Under the pieces are notes generated by a model. That model was not told the DNA's origin. It did not search any database and saw only the letters and a list, made by a program, of their open reading frames with translations. This document shows, piece after piece, positions 13,975-27,280 of a stretch of 64,000 nt of DNA. Location: assembly GCF_009914755.1 (NCBI RefSeq), contig NC_060939.1. One strand, given 5' to 3'. Both the position numbers and the translations under genes were made by a program. How positions within the stretch are numbered: position 1 is the first letter of the stretch; each line of letters starts with the position of its first letter. Source of the DNA: the human T2T-CHM13v2.0 reference genome, Homo sapiens.

Positions 13975-15477
13975 TAACCACCCAGGTATTCATCTTAGTC
14001 CAAGATTCTAGAGGACACTCAAAATAACTTCAGATACCACCTCTCTCAGGACATTTCATCTCACTTCATATCAGCCTGTAGGATTCATTTTATTAGGGTA
14101 TGCTAATTGTTGTGACAGATAGACTCCAGAGGGTACAATGACTCAAATGACACCAGTCCATTTCTTGCACAAGTGACTTACTGCGGAAGGAACAGGTCGG
14201 GGGCAGTGCGTCTCCAAGCTGGCCTGAGGGAGAAGGCTGACAAGGACTTTGCCTTCCTCAGCCCCTGGCTCCCAAGGTGCCCCAGGATTGTTTCCATACC
14301 ACCCACCATGAGGAGGAAGGGGGGTTTGCCAGAGGCACTGTGGGCCAGGCTCAGAAGTGCCACGCTTCTCTCTGCCTGTGGACTCACTCAACTGCAAGAC
14401 AGCCCAGAAAGTTAATTCCCAGGAGAAATTGTTCCCTGTGGAGTGGAAAATGTGGAATTCTGGGATATGGCTGGCCATCCCTGCCACAGCCCACTGCTCT
14501 GGCCAGCAGATAGTCAGACTGACCCTATTTTCCAAATGTAGGCCAAATACATTTACTACCAAACTAGCAACAAACAAACAAACAAACAAAAACAAGTTCC
14601 TGTCCAGTGCTGCATCCAGCCCAGGGTCCCGGATACCTGAGCAGTCTGTTGAGTGTGGGGTGACTTGATGTGTCCAGGGATTGAGGACTCCCAGCACACC
14701 CATCCAAAGCATGATAGGGAAGCAGAGGCAGAATCCTCTCTAGAAACTCCCTCCTGGAAAGGGAATAGAGGAGTTCACACAGCCTTCAGGAATGGAGCCT
14801 CATGAGATCCTGCCTGGCAGATGTCCTGCAGCATGTCTGCCTGGAAGAGGAGGGGACCCCTGGTGCTGGCTGTACTTCTGCAAGGTCTTTCTTGTCCATG
14901 GTCCTCCAGGACCTCCAGTGAGGTGTGTCAGCAGCATGCCTCAGGGGTGCCACCCCATGTGCCATTTGCTTCTGCTTCATAGTGGCTGTGTCCAAGGCAG
15001 ATGAAACAAGAAGCTTGGCTTAGAGATGACATCTTCACCTGGTCATTAATGAAGTGCTGCCACCAGCTGTGACTGGGAATTCTCAACAGGCTTTTGTAGC
15101 TTAAAGTCCTTTATAATTCTGCCTGCTATCATATAGCTCCAGATGCACATTCCTGGATTCCCTTTTCTTCTACTGTTTATTTCTGCTTTTGCACAAATCC
15201 ATGTTTGACTGAGCTCACCTTGTGAACTAGTTAGCTATTGCTATTTAATAATGTCTCCACAAGCTCAGTGGCTAAGATAACACACATGGATTAGCTCACA
15301 TATTCCAAGGGACAAGAGTCCAAGCTTGACTTGGCTGGGCCTTCTGCAAGGTGGAGATTGGGGTGTCGGCCCTGGCTGGGTTTCCATCTGAAGGCTCAAC
15401 TGAGGAAGGATCACTGCCAAGCCCTCGTGGTGGTTGTTCACATGGATTTCCTCACATCAACAGATGGCCTTGGTTTC

Positions 15478-15842
15478 TGTATTAGTTTGTTTTCATGCTG
15501 CTTATAAAGACTGGGCAATTTACAAAAGAAAGAGGTTTAATTGGACTTACAGTTCCACGTGGCTGGGGAAGCCTCACAATCATGGTGGAAGGCAGGGAGG
15601 AGCAAGTCCCATCTTACATGGATGGCAGCAGGCAAAGAGAGAATGAGGAAGACAGAAAAGGGAGAACCCTAATAAGACCATCAGATCTCTTGAGACTTAA
15701 TTTACTACCAGGAGAACAGTATTGAGGAAACCGCCCCCATGGTTCAATTATCTGCCACTGGGTCCCTCCCACAACACAGGGGAATTATGGGAGTACAATT
15801 CATGATGAGATTTGGGTGAGGACACAGAGCCAAACCATATCA
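15478..15842 (-). mobile_element. THE1 (B/C-like) solo LTR
   Basis: TGTATTAGTTTG...CCAAACCATATCA termini; perfect 5-bp TSD GTTTC at 15473-15477 and 15843-15847. Confidence 0.95.
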
Positions 15843-16034
15843 GTTTCTTACTGAGTGTTGACCAGAGACTACCACGTGGCCTTTTCTGACAAGGCTGTGT
15901 TTCGTCAGAGCCCCAAGAGAGAGAGTGTTCCAGCAAGGTGGATATCACAGTCATAATCACAGGAGTGACATGTGACCGCTTCCTTCTGTGCTGCTGGCTA
16001 GAAGCATGTCTCACACGCTGCCCACGCTCAGTGC

Positions 16035-16101
16035 AAGGGACAAGAGTCCAAGCTTGGCTTGGCTGGGCCCTGTGCAAGCCAAGCTTGGACTCTTGTCCCT
16101 T
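16035..16101. repeat. Perfect inverted repeat: 27-bp arms, 13-nt loop
   Basis: AAGGGACAAGAGTCCAAGCTTGGCTTG (16035-16061) is the exact reverse complement of CAAGCCAAGCTTGGACTCTTGTCCCTT (16075-16101). Confidence 0.97.
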
Positions 16102-17780
16102 CCTCGGAGGATGGGACTGCCCAAGGCTGGAGTACCAGGAGGTGGCTCTAATTTCAGCCCATCCTGGAACCTTTATCAAGAACCTACTCTGTGTGAATAT
16201 ATTCCATAGCATTTACTTTTTTTTTTTTTTACAAGATTGAAGCAACTATTATTATCCTTACCTCGCAAATAATAAAATTGAAGTTGAGATCCCTTAGTGT
16301 CTGACACTAACTGGTGGAGCAGGTGTTCAAATGTAGGATTTAGTGTAACACATCAGGAGTGTGTGTGTAGGCAGTGAATGGATGGCACAGGTGGAAAGCG
16401 AATCGAAGGAAGTGAAGCTGAAAAGAAATGTTGGGGTTGGTTTTTAAAGAGTTGGACATTACATGGAGGCTTTATTCCAAAGTTCCTGGAGGAGCCACTG
16501 TGTTTGAATGATGAGAACATGTACTCATCTTCATCAGTTTTAAGTAATAGTTGTGGTCAGACTTAACAGCCTACATTCAAAGGTGAGGTTGAAGGACATT
16601 TTTATTGATACTAATATATGAATAAAACCCAATCAACTTCAAGTAAAATGTGAACACGATTTTCAAAAACAATTTTTTAGAATTTCACTTAGATATTGGT
16701 GATTTTTTTCTCATTTGTTTAGAGTAATATAACTGACTATTAATAATTCTTAAGATGAGGTGAAAATTATTTAACTGAAAGGCTTCCCTCTTTTATTGAG
16801 CAAAACATCTCATGGTATTTAGTGGAATAGGTTTATGCTAATTTTAAGACATATTGAAGCTTTTTAAACAAAGACATTTTATTTGCAAATGATTACGTGT
16901 GGAGGCTTTACACTGGTTGAGCTATGCTATGGTTTCTTGAGAAGGGAAATGGAATCTTGGTTTATTTTGGCATCCTAGCATCAGGGATGGTGCCTACCAC
17001 ATTGCAGGAGCTCAGTGCTGGACTATGCAATGAATAAGTTATAAAATTTATCCTCAATCTAGTGCAAAAATGAAGGCAAACCCTAGAGCTGAAGGCTTTG
17101 TACATTCGGCAGAGAACTCTTTCCATATTGTTTATATAAGAAATTCATTCTGCCCTCTGAATAATTCATGGGACCTGAGTCAAACAATCCAAAACCCAGA
17201 AAGCAAGCTAGAGGAGATGTTCAAAGTCATATCATTTAGACCATTAAAAGAAATCCGTGTCATAAGGCAATATGAGCTTTGCACTTCAGAGGATGTATAA
17301 GTCATTTTGTTGAGGAAGAGGTGGATTTTCTATGGAGGTATCAGGATGGCTCCCTGGTGGGGGTGAGACTTGTGCTTGAAGGACAAGTCCTCTGTCAGAT
17401 CATGAGGAGTGTGAAGGATTCCAGTCCAGGGGAACCCAGTGTAAAGGTCCTGATTTAAGGAACTGTCATCCAGATGCTATGTGTCTGTTCTACCATGTGC
17501 TGGTCCTTTCCACAGTGCGAGTCACGGAACGGAAGTGCTGCTAGTGTTTGCGCAGCATGTGAGTTTCTCTGTGTCCCCGCGCTGAGGGTTGCAGAGTCAT
17601 TTGGGGGGCTTCCTCACAGTCTTGAGCTTGCAGGTGTTTGGTCCTGAGTGTTCATCTTGTAGACTGCTGCATTCTTTTCTGCCATCAGTGGTTTCAGCAA
17701 GAGCCCTGGCACCAAGAACTTTGTTTTCATTGGTTGACAGAATGGCAGAACTTGACAGGTCTAGACCTTCTCCCCAGTCC

Positions 17781-18523
<743 letters not shown>

Positions 18524-19626
18524 GTATCTTCCTTATGAAAAGTGAAGACATTGGTTTCTGAGCATTCAGGTGACCTGCTCCAACCCGAGGCTGCCCTCTG
18601 ATGATCCCCAATAGCCTTTGAGTTTGGATTCTGTAACGCTGCTGAAGTTTCATGCTTGACCTATCTGTCTTCCTCTGCAATTTTCCTGAACAGACCACAC
18701 AGTGAGGCCAAACCATGGGCAGTCTTAGCATGACAGTGGCTGGGTGTTCGTGGAGGAGAGAGTTTCTAGGGAGCACCCTGCATGCCCAGCCTCTCTGGGT
18801 ATCACTGTGTTGCAGCGCGTTTGTGGTTATGTTTCATTAGCAGAGCGGTTCCAACCGTGCTTGCCTGTCTCTGTTTCATACAGGCTTTCTTCAGATGACA
18901 ATTAGGATTACCAGGTCCCCATGCACCCAGGGTTTGTGGAGCCACACACCGGCTTGTTAGGATCCTTCCAGCCAGCTGCATTTTCCAGAGCAGCTGGACT
19001 CTTACTCTCTCATTTTTTTTTCTGTTCTGTTCTATTCTGGGGTGCATTATCTTTAGAAATGCCAAGACAAATGGAAACTAATTTGCAAATGCCCCTTATG
19101 GCTTAATTGATTGCTTTCTGTGCTGACCTTCGTGGGTAAAAGGCAGCCAGCAGGAAAAGGAACATCTTCCCCAGACCCCGTGTGAGCCTTCTTCCCCATC
19201 ACTCTGTCGATTTCCAGAATGTTTTGAGAAAATTGGGTAAAGATGGAAGCAACCATTTTCTGAGATGGCAAGTGATTTGCCAGGTTTTGTAATGCTCCCC
19301 TGATCTCTCTCCTCTTATTCAGCTGCAGATTACTCTGGAAATGAAAGGAAGGACTTTTTTTCTCTCTTGTCCTAAACAGTATTTAAGGCTGAGTCCTATG
19401 AGGACCAAAAAGTTAGCACTAAGATTGGGCCACTGTGGAGGGCAGTTCTCAGCATCATCACAGCCCAGCAAATATCAGGGGAGCTATTGTGCACCCCAGC
19501 CATTCCTCAGCCTCCCCGCCGGGGGTTTGGGGGAGGTGGCTTCAGGTTCTGAAATATGTGCCATGTTTCTGTTTCTCTGGCGCCCTCTGTGATGCTGGCT
19601 GGACACACAGACGGGGCTTTCCTTGC

Positions 19627-19950
19627 GTGATGATCAGTGTTATATGTCAGCTTCACTGGGGGCCATGGAGTGCCGGATAGTTGGTCAAATATTATTCTGG
19701 ATGTGTTTGTGAGGGTGTTTTTATATGAGATTAACAATTGAGTCAGTAGACTAGGCTTCCCCAATGTGAGTGGGCCTCATTTGATCTGTTGAAGGGCCGG
19801 ATAGAAAAATGAAAGGCTGACCTCCTCTAAATGACACTGTCAGTCAGTCAGTCAGGTGCCAGATTTATAATTGTGTGAGCCAGTTCCTTCCAATAAATCT
19901 CTCTTTCTCGACATCCTTTTGGTTCCGTTTCTTTGGGGGACCCTAATATA
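19627..19950 (+). mobile_element. MLT2 (ERVL) LTR, internally deleted
   Basis: GGTCAAATATTATTCTGGATGTGTTTGTGAGGGTGTTT, GTGGGCCTCAT and GTGAGCCAGTTCC..AATAAATCTCTC motifs. Confidence 0.8.
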
Positions 19951-20365
19951 CCTTGTTTTGCTTTATTATTTGGGGTTTTGATCACTTACTTCTAACTTTG
20001 AAAAACCAAGTTTTTAGCTCTTCTATATGCTATGGAAAAATTTCTTTTTATGAAAGGAAAAACATGCCTTAACCACAGCATATCAGGAAATCTGTAGATG
20101 TCAGATGAAACTGCAGTAGAGAAATGGAAACATATGCCAGGCAAAGGGTACCGAGGCTATGATAGGAGAAGCACATCTCTGTAGATGTAACACCAGCTGT
20201 CACTGGTCACCGCCCAGGGGCTCCTCGTCTTTAAAGAGGGGATAATAAGAGTGTCTTCTTGATTCCTTTGTTTTCAGGATGAAAGGAGACCATGCTTGAA
20301 GTGTCTTTCGCATGAGGACCATATTAAGGGCTCAGTAAACATTGGCTGGCCAGTAAAGTGGTCAG

Positions 20366-20725
20366 TGTTGGGTTGGATGCTGTCCCCCTGCAATGCATAT
20401 CCTTCCTGGAACCTCAGAATATGACCTTATTTGGAAATAGGGTCATTGCAGATGTACTTACTTAAGATGAGGTCACACAGGACTAGTAGGGTGGGGCCTT
20501 AATCCATTGTAACTCCTCTTATAAGAAGAGAAGAGACAGAGAAAAACACCCAGTGGGGTAGAAGGACTCATGTCCATGGGGGCAGAGACTGGAGTGATGC
20601 ATCTGTGGGCCAAGAAGTGCAAGGATTGCTGGCAACACCAGAAGCTGACAGAAGGCATAGAACCGTTTCCCCCAGACCCTGCAGAGAGAGCATGGCCCAG
20701 CTGATGACTTGTTTTGGACTGTAGG
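20366..20725 (+). mobile_element. MLT1B/C-like LTR, 3' truncated
   Basis: CCTCAGAATATGACCTTATTTGGAAATAGGGTCATTGCAGATGT and AAGGATTGCTGGCAACACCAGAAGCT motifs. Confidence 0.85.
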
Positions 20726-21743
20726 CATGGTCGGGTGTGAGCAAGGCAGCAGCACCTCAGGAGACATGTCCAGTGCTCAGGGAGGCTTCATGAAAATCCC
20801 TAATCAAAGAGCCAGGAGTTGCTAAAGGAGCCTGCATATGTAAAGAGTAGAGAAGCAACAAGATAGTGCCAAAAAAAAGGCAAATAATTTTGTTTTTATA
20901 CAATATTGAGGAACTTTTGGAAGTCAGAATACTTTTAAAAATTAAGTATAATAGGATTTAAAGGACAACAGGAGCAGGGAGGCACATGTGTTTGCAGAAC
21001 AGATAATCACTGTGATTTTCATACAGAAGCCACAAATAGAGTGAATTTAGAAGATGCCGTGTGGAGTGTGTGTGTTGGGAGTGGGTGAGATTTCACTGCA
21101 GGATTGATGTAAGTCTTGGCGAGGGCTAACAATCTATCAAGCAGCTTGGATAAAAGGGACAAATGGAAGTGGAGCCGTTTCAAGAACCCCTGAAGGAGTC
21201 TGGCAGGAAGCTTGATGGTTCTCACCAGTGAGACCCAGCCTCGGGCCTTCTATTCATGGACAGAATTAAAAAAATAATAACATTGCCATCACTTTGCTAT
21301 AAAGCAAGGTAAATTGAACATACAGTCTCCAACACTGTCCCAAAACAGCTCTGAAAACTGGATCATGCAAGCCTCAGACATAGCATCATTAAGACCTCTA
21401 ATGGCTAAGGATGAGTTAGTGGAGAATTAAATAAAAATCAGCCCGCACTTTCTCAGGTTTGCTTTTCTTTTGATTGTCTTCCTGGAAGAAAGGTATCCTC
21501 CCAACATCACTCCCAGCTCACTCAGTATGCAGAGGTGGAGCTTTTGAGGGCTGGCTCAGGCTAAGCATCATCTCTAGGGATCAGGGGAAATGCCAGCTGA
21601 TCTGCCAATATCTCCAAGAAGCCAAGTCCATTTGGAAGAGAGTCATCTTCCTAGAGTAGATGCGTCCTCTCTAAGGTTGCCTCAAGGCTCCCCAAACCAT
21701 TTCTGTAGCAAGGGGCCATCTTGCTACAGAAATAGTCTAGAAA

Positions 21744-22047
21744 GTCAGGCATGGTGGCATGCACCTGTAGTCCCAGCTACTGGGAAACTGAGGCAGGAGG
21801 ACCACTTGAACCCAAGAGTTCAAGGCCAGCCTGAACAACATAGCGAGAACCTCTCTCTAATAAGTAAATAAATAAATAAATAAAAATTAGCTGAATATGG
21901 TGGTGTGTGCCTGTAATCCCAACTACTTGGGAGACTGAGGTGGCAGGATCACTTAAGCCCAGGAATTCAAGTCTGCAGTGAGCCACTCCAGCCTGGGTGA
22001 CAGAACAAGACTTCATCTCTAAAAAACCAAAAACCAGAAAACAAAAC
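21744..22047 (+). mobile_element. AluJ-like
   Basis: Diverged dimeric Alu with (TAAA)n linker, GGATCACTTAAGCCCAGG right arm and A-rich tail. Confidence 0.9.
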
Positions 22048-22071
22048 ATGATTTATAGTCATTCTGATTAA

Positions 22072-22215
22072 GCTGGGCATGATGGCTTGCACATGTATTC
22101 CGAGCTATTCAGGAGGCCAGGGTGGAAGGATCACTTGAGGCTGGGAGTTTGAGACCAGCCTGGGCAACACAGCGAGACCTTGTCTCTAAAAATAAAATGA
22201 AATGAAATTAAAAAG
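22072..22215 (+). mobile_element. FLAM (free left Alu monomer)
   Basis: Single monomer ending GAGACCAGCCTGGGCAACACAGCGAGACCTTGTCTCT plus A-rich tail. Confidence 0.85.
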
Positions 22216-22279
22216 TTTTAAAAAAGAAATGTCCAGGAACACACACTGGAGAATGAGTGATAAGACACCGTAAGAGATT

Positions 22280-22765
22280 GCTTATAAGCAGTGGCCACAG
22301 TTATGGCCCTCTGTCCACATTCTTCTACAGTGTGAGTTTCCAATCTCTCCCATCCAGAGGCAAGTCTCTTTCTGGCCCTGGGACTTGCTTCCAACAAGAG
22401 GAGCTGGTGCTAGTTAGCCCTCACCAAGCCTGGGAGGCAAAAGGCCTTGTGGTTCCCAGTGACTTGCTTGGAACCCTTCTAACCACCATAGAAACCAGGC
22501 AAGCTAGCCTGCTGGTGGGGGTGGTGGTGGGGAGGGGGACAGAGACCTCTCGGAGAAGAGGCAGGCCACCCCACTCAGGTCCTCTTAGGTGAAATGGTCC
22601 CTAACGGGTGGCTGAGGGCACACAGCTGAGTGAGTTGAGCCCACTTTGGCTAAGCCTGGCCCACATCAGCAGGACCACAAGTTGACCTGGAGACTCCTGA
22701 GCAGTAATAAATGGCTGTTGCTTTAAGCCAGTGAGTGTTGGTTATAGTAAAAGCTAACAGGTATA
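22280..22765 (+). mobile_element. Old MLT1 (F/G-like) LTR
   Basis: 3' end AATAAATGGCTGTTGCTTTAAGCCA...AGCTAACAG; diverged body. Confidence 0.6.
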
Positions 22766-24919
22766 GATGCTGCCCCCCACAAACAGGTGGCTTGCAAATT
22801 AGAAAGCTGGGGCCCAGAGGCTACAAGGATGCTAGATACATACTGATAGAACTAGGATCTTTTAATTCTCATGTTTTGCTGAGTGCTTCTCCTACTAGAT
22901 TAGACTGCTTTGGGTTGGGAAACTGATGAATTATAATACATATTCTGGTAGAATTAGTAGTTTCCTTAACTATTGTACTTTTATTAAATATTCATTTGAA
23001 ATTTATTAAATATTAATAAATTATTGAATATTATTAAATATTCACTCATTTATTCTTGAATAGAAATACATTCATTGATTGAAAAATATGTTCATTGTTT
23101 GAGGAGTTCTTGGCCACACAGCTATGTCTTATCAATGTGTGGGTGCAGCAGAGGAGGCTGGCCCCAAATGGATGTCACAGCACGCAGTATGGATCACTGA
23201 CTTACTCCATGGGCCAGGAGGGAAGGGAGCTGGAGTAAACACTGAGTGGCAGGCAGGACCGAGTCCCCTCCCATGCCACTATGATACCAACAACATGGGC
23301 TTCCCAGAACCAGCGGCTGAGAGCCTGTGACTGAATCCAGCTGCTGTGTTCGACCCCGCTCCCCAGGAGACATACTGCAGATGCTCATGCTTTTCCCGTA
23401 TGGGTATGACATCGATTTTCAATAGAAAGGAGGCTCTTGGAGCTATATTTCCTGGTGTGGTAGATCCCTCCAGTGGCTGTTAACAGGTTACATTTCACTG
23501 AATTGAGTTCTAATCTTCAGTGAGAGTTCTCTTGGGGACCCAGAGAGTGCTTAAGTTAGAGTGTTTATCTGAACACATCCTGGTGAATGTTTAGTAGTGA
23601 AGCAAGGCACACAGTCACATCACATTACAAATAAAATGCCTCACTGTCATCATGAGAAGCTCTGTGGTCAAGATTCCCTTGCCTGCTTCTGGTGGAGGTA
23701 GGTTCAGACATGGCCCTGACCCTGTGGCTGTGTCCTCCCTGAGATGACGGAGAGAGTCCTGTATGCTGATTCACAGGGTCAACAAGTGTCAGGCACAAAA
23801 ACACTGTGGAAAAATAAGTCACAGTGCATTTGACCTCTGACCTGAAAAGCCACCCAATTTCACATGAAGCCTCTTTCCTGCTTTTCATGAAAGGAAATGA
23901 AGTTGCAGGTATAATTGTAGAAGAAAGATTCCAGAATGCCACAAATGCATAACCTTGCATTTATGCGGGGAACGCACGAGCTTGTATGACATTCATCAGC
24001 ATTCATAGCTGAATTTTAAACATAATAAGACAAAAAAAATTCTGCAGGCAATGTTTCAGATCAGAAATGTTATGAGAGGAATCATGACAAGGGGTGCCCT
24101 GCATTAAATGGAACCTGATTAGAAGCCACTTGGGCAAGGGTTGGGTCTGCGTCCCACCCCCACAACTGAAGAAGGATGTTGTGGAGTATTCAAGATCACG
24201 ATAAAACCACAGAGTCATTCCGTAGTTGCAGAACGTGATTGATGTGGAAAGGATAAAGAAAGCAAACTCATTTAGTTTATGAACAGTAGGATAAGAAATG
24301 ACTGCCAGGAACCACAGATGCCTTTTAAAGTCCGCTGCAATGAAAGCCGCAGTAGACCCTGGCTTGGTGAATGAAGACCAGCCAGGACAGCAGCAGGAAT
24401 GTTGATGCTTGCTAGAGCTCTGTTCCCTGAGGGACCTGCTCCCGCTTCTCTGTCACTCATGCCTTCTCTGCTGCAAGAGGTGAGCCTCCCCGAACTCCCT
24501 GCATCTTGGCTTCTACTACAGAATTCTCAGGACTACAAGTTTTCTCCGTTAACCATTTATCTTGTGCTTTATAAAGGCTGTCTGTGTGTCTGTGTAGTGC
24601 AGCTTGTTTCATCATTATATTTTATCACATAAGGTAAAGATCAAACCAGCCTAAACTATATAAAATACATTTTCATGTTTTTAGTGATAACTTACAAGCT
24701 CTAGGCTTGTTAGCATAACACAAATGAGGCAGGGAAAAATAGAGGCAGTTTTTATGACTCAAATGATACTTGCAGACAAGCATTAACAAATGCTGTAGTA
24801 ACAAAGGCTAAGATCATTTTTTTCCTGACTTTCATTCAGAAAGGAAGTGGCATCAAAATTTTAGTCATCTGAACCGACAAGTGGTAAAATTTGGATTCTT
24901 GAAAAGTAAGAGCTATTGA

Positions 24920-25201
24920 TTTTTTTTTTTTTTTTTTGAGTTCTGTCACCAAGGCTGGCGTGTAGTGGTGCAATCTCTGTTCACTGCAACCTCCGCCACC
25001 CGGATTCAAGCGATTCTCCTGCCTCAGCCTCCTGAGTAGCTGGGATTACAGGCACACACCATCATGCCTGGCTAATTTTTATGTTTTTAGTAGAGATTTC
25101 ACCATGTTGGCCAGGATGGTCTCGATCTCCTGACCTCATGATCCACCTGCCTCGGCCTCCCAAAGTGCTGGGATTACAGGCATGAACCACCGTGCCCAGC
25201 C
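24920..25201 (-). mobile_element. AluS (Sc-like)
   Basis: Poly-T followed by Alu reverse complement with small deletions; CAGGATGGTCTCGATCTCCTGACCTCATG. Confidence 0.95.
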
Positions 25202-26849
25202 AACTTTTCTATTTTCAATTAATTCCCATGACTTCCAAGTGCCTGCAGTTATATGCAATGGCCAAAAAACCATGGCCTCATGAAGGATGTTGAAATCTAC
25301 ATATGGATCATTCTTTCCAAACAGTGTCACAAAGCCCCAGGTACCATCTGCAGTATGTGTTCACCATGTATGTGGGGCATGGGTGTTTCAAATACCCGTT
25401 AGCAGTGTTTAAATAGGTAATTGTTTCCCACACTTCTCTTTCTTTATATTTCTTCAATAAGCCTCCGTGTTGACATGCTGTGAAGGTAAGCTGCCAACCT
25501 TTCCCTGTCTACATGATCACAGTCCACCTATGACTTGTCACCACATCATCCACAGCAAAAGTGTGTGCAGGGAAGCCTGGTTTGGTGTCTGGGCTGGAGG
25601 CACAGTGGAGAGACTCAGCCTCAGGCCTCACCCCACCTGAGAACCCTGGGTCCCAGCAGGCAAACGTTTCATCTCATCCAGGCCGTCTTGCCTCAACCAC
25701 TTTGCTCACGCTCCATCCTCCAGCTGAACTGCTCAGATAAACTGATGGAATGTTGATTCTTTCAGTTCAGACTCAAATACCATCTTGTCCTTGAGCCTTT
25801 TGGGATTATCCCACGTGCCTCTGAAATCCTGCGGTTCTGTGTCTCTCTTAGACCTTTGGTTACAGCCTCTTTTTCATTTTTGCTTCTGAGTTTTCCAGGC
25901 ACATTTCTTATTTTTTAGAAAGACAAAATTCTTAGTGTGTGTGTCTCTACCTGGCAAGGTGCCTCCAAATGGGAAATGGAGGTTATTCTGCCCTGACCCT
26001 CAGCCAGAATGTTGAGATATGATGGAGATTGCCTCAGTCTTTAACCCAAGGTTCTTTTGTAGTGAGACAAATAAGCAAACACTGAGAAGACTGGTCCTGG
26101 TGGTACAACCATGAATGTGAACCTGGGCACTTCAGGCTAGCCTGGGGCTGCATGGCACAAGAGTCAGAGAACCTTCTGGAAAGACTGTTCAGTCTTTAAC
26201 CATTATAGTCAGTAGTTAACTAAGTATGTCTGTTTTCGTCATGGGGACCAAATAATTAGCAAATTGGGTACTGTGTAGGAAAACCGTCCTCAGCCACATG
26301 GAACAGACTCTACGCTAGTTTTACCTGGATTCAGCAACTGACCACTGACCTCCATCACTGCAGAAGCCAGGAGGCCAGGGTCTCCAGGGGGGTGCCACTC
26401 TCTCTGAAGAGCTGCTTCCTGGGCTCTTCAGAGCCCCCTGCAAACAGATGGGATCAACATAAAACGTGGCTCTCCTTCTGACACTGTGTCTTCTTAATTC
26501 TCTGTGTGAGCACCAGCCCTAGGGGCCACTTCCACAGGCCCTGGGACATGTACAGTAGTTGAAGGGCCTCTGATCTTAGCAATTCATAGAAGTGACTTTT
26601 GGCAGTATTCGTCAAGAAGCACTTCAGGCTTATTCGATACTCAGCAGGTGCATGTTTGAATGAGAGTATCATGCACCACATAAGAGGGCAAATAAGGGTT
26701 TCATTTCAAGGCTGGTGTGAACAGTCATTCTGACACTTGTGTGAGAACCCTGGAGGAAGTGCTGGAGAGGAGGGGAGTCTGACCTCATGGGATGTCACAT
26801 CTCTAGGCTGTGATCTTGTTATTTGTAATTTTTTGCATCATAACAGATC

Positions 26850-27280
26850 ACCTTTCACAGACTTAATAGATCTGCCTCATTCTGATTGAGGCAAAATAAC
26901 CTATAGCACTGGTACACCAGCTATTTTTTAACCAGTGTGCTATTGATGGTGTCTTCAGCTTTTCTCCAAACAAATCAGTTGGAAATATATTTACACAGGC
27001 ACCCTTAAATACTTTTAGGAATATTTCTCTGGGATGTGTGCCTAGAAATTCAACTGCTGTTTTCAAGGTCTATGCACTTATATTTGTATAGTTACTGCAA
27101 AATTTCATTTTAAAAAATTTGAAATATATTGTCTCAAATTACTCCCATCAACAGTGTAGAAGGTTGCTGTTTTCCCTCTGACAATCACTGCATAACATCA
27201 ATTATTCTAACTTAAAAATTGCTAATCTGGTGATCAATAACAAACTTTTTTTTGTTTATGAACTATGATAGGGAGAGATT
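26850..27280 (-). mobile_element. Ancient L1M(E) 3' fragment
   Basis: ATTTCTCTGGGATGTGTGCCTAGAAATT..CTGCTG and CTCCCATCAACAGTGTA motifs. Confidence 0.6.

Larger units (their letters stand above)
15221..16150 (-). mobile_element. MLT1 (F/G-like) LTR, interrupted by THE1 and by a hairpin insertion
   Basis: AAGCTCAGTGGCTAAGATAAC, CATCTGAAGGCTCAACTGAGGAAGGATC and CACAGGAGTGACAT...GGCTAGAAGC..CCAGGAGGTGG are colinear with the MLT1 copy at 61.06-61.66 kb. Confidence 0.75.

Noticed and set aside
15556-15572. PRDM9 hotspot 13-mer position in the THE1 LTR
   Set aside because: The minus strand reads CTTCCCCAGCCAC, which mismatches CCNCCNTNNCCNC at positions 2 and 7.
26402-26433. 11-bp perfect inverted repeat with a 10-nt loop
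   Set aside because: A stem this short is plausible by chance in 64 kb, and I found no donor copy or other support.
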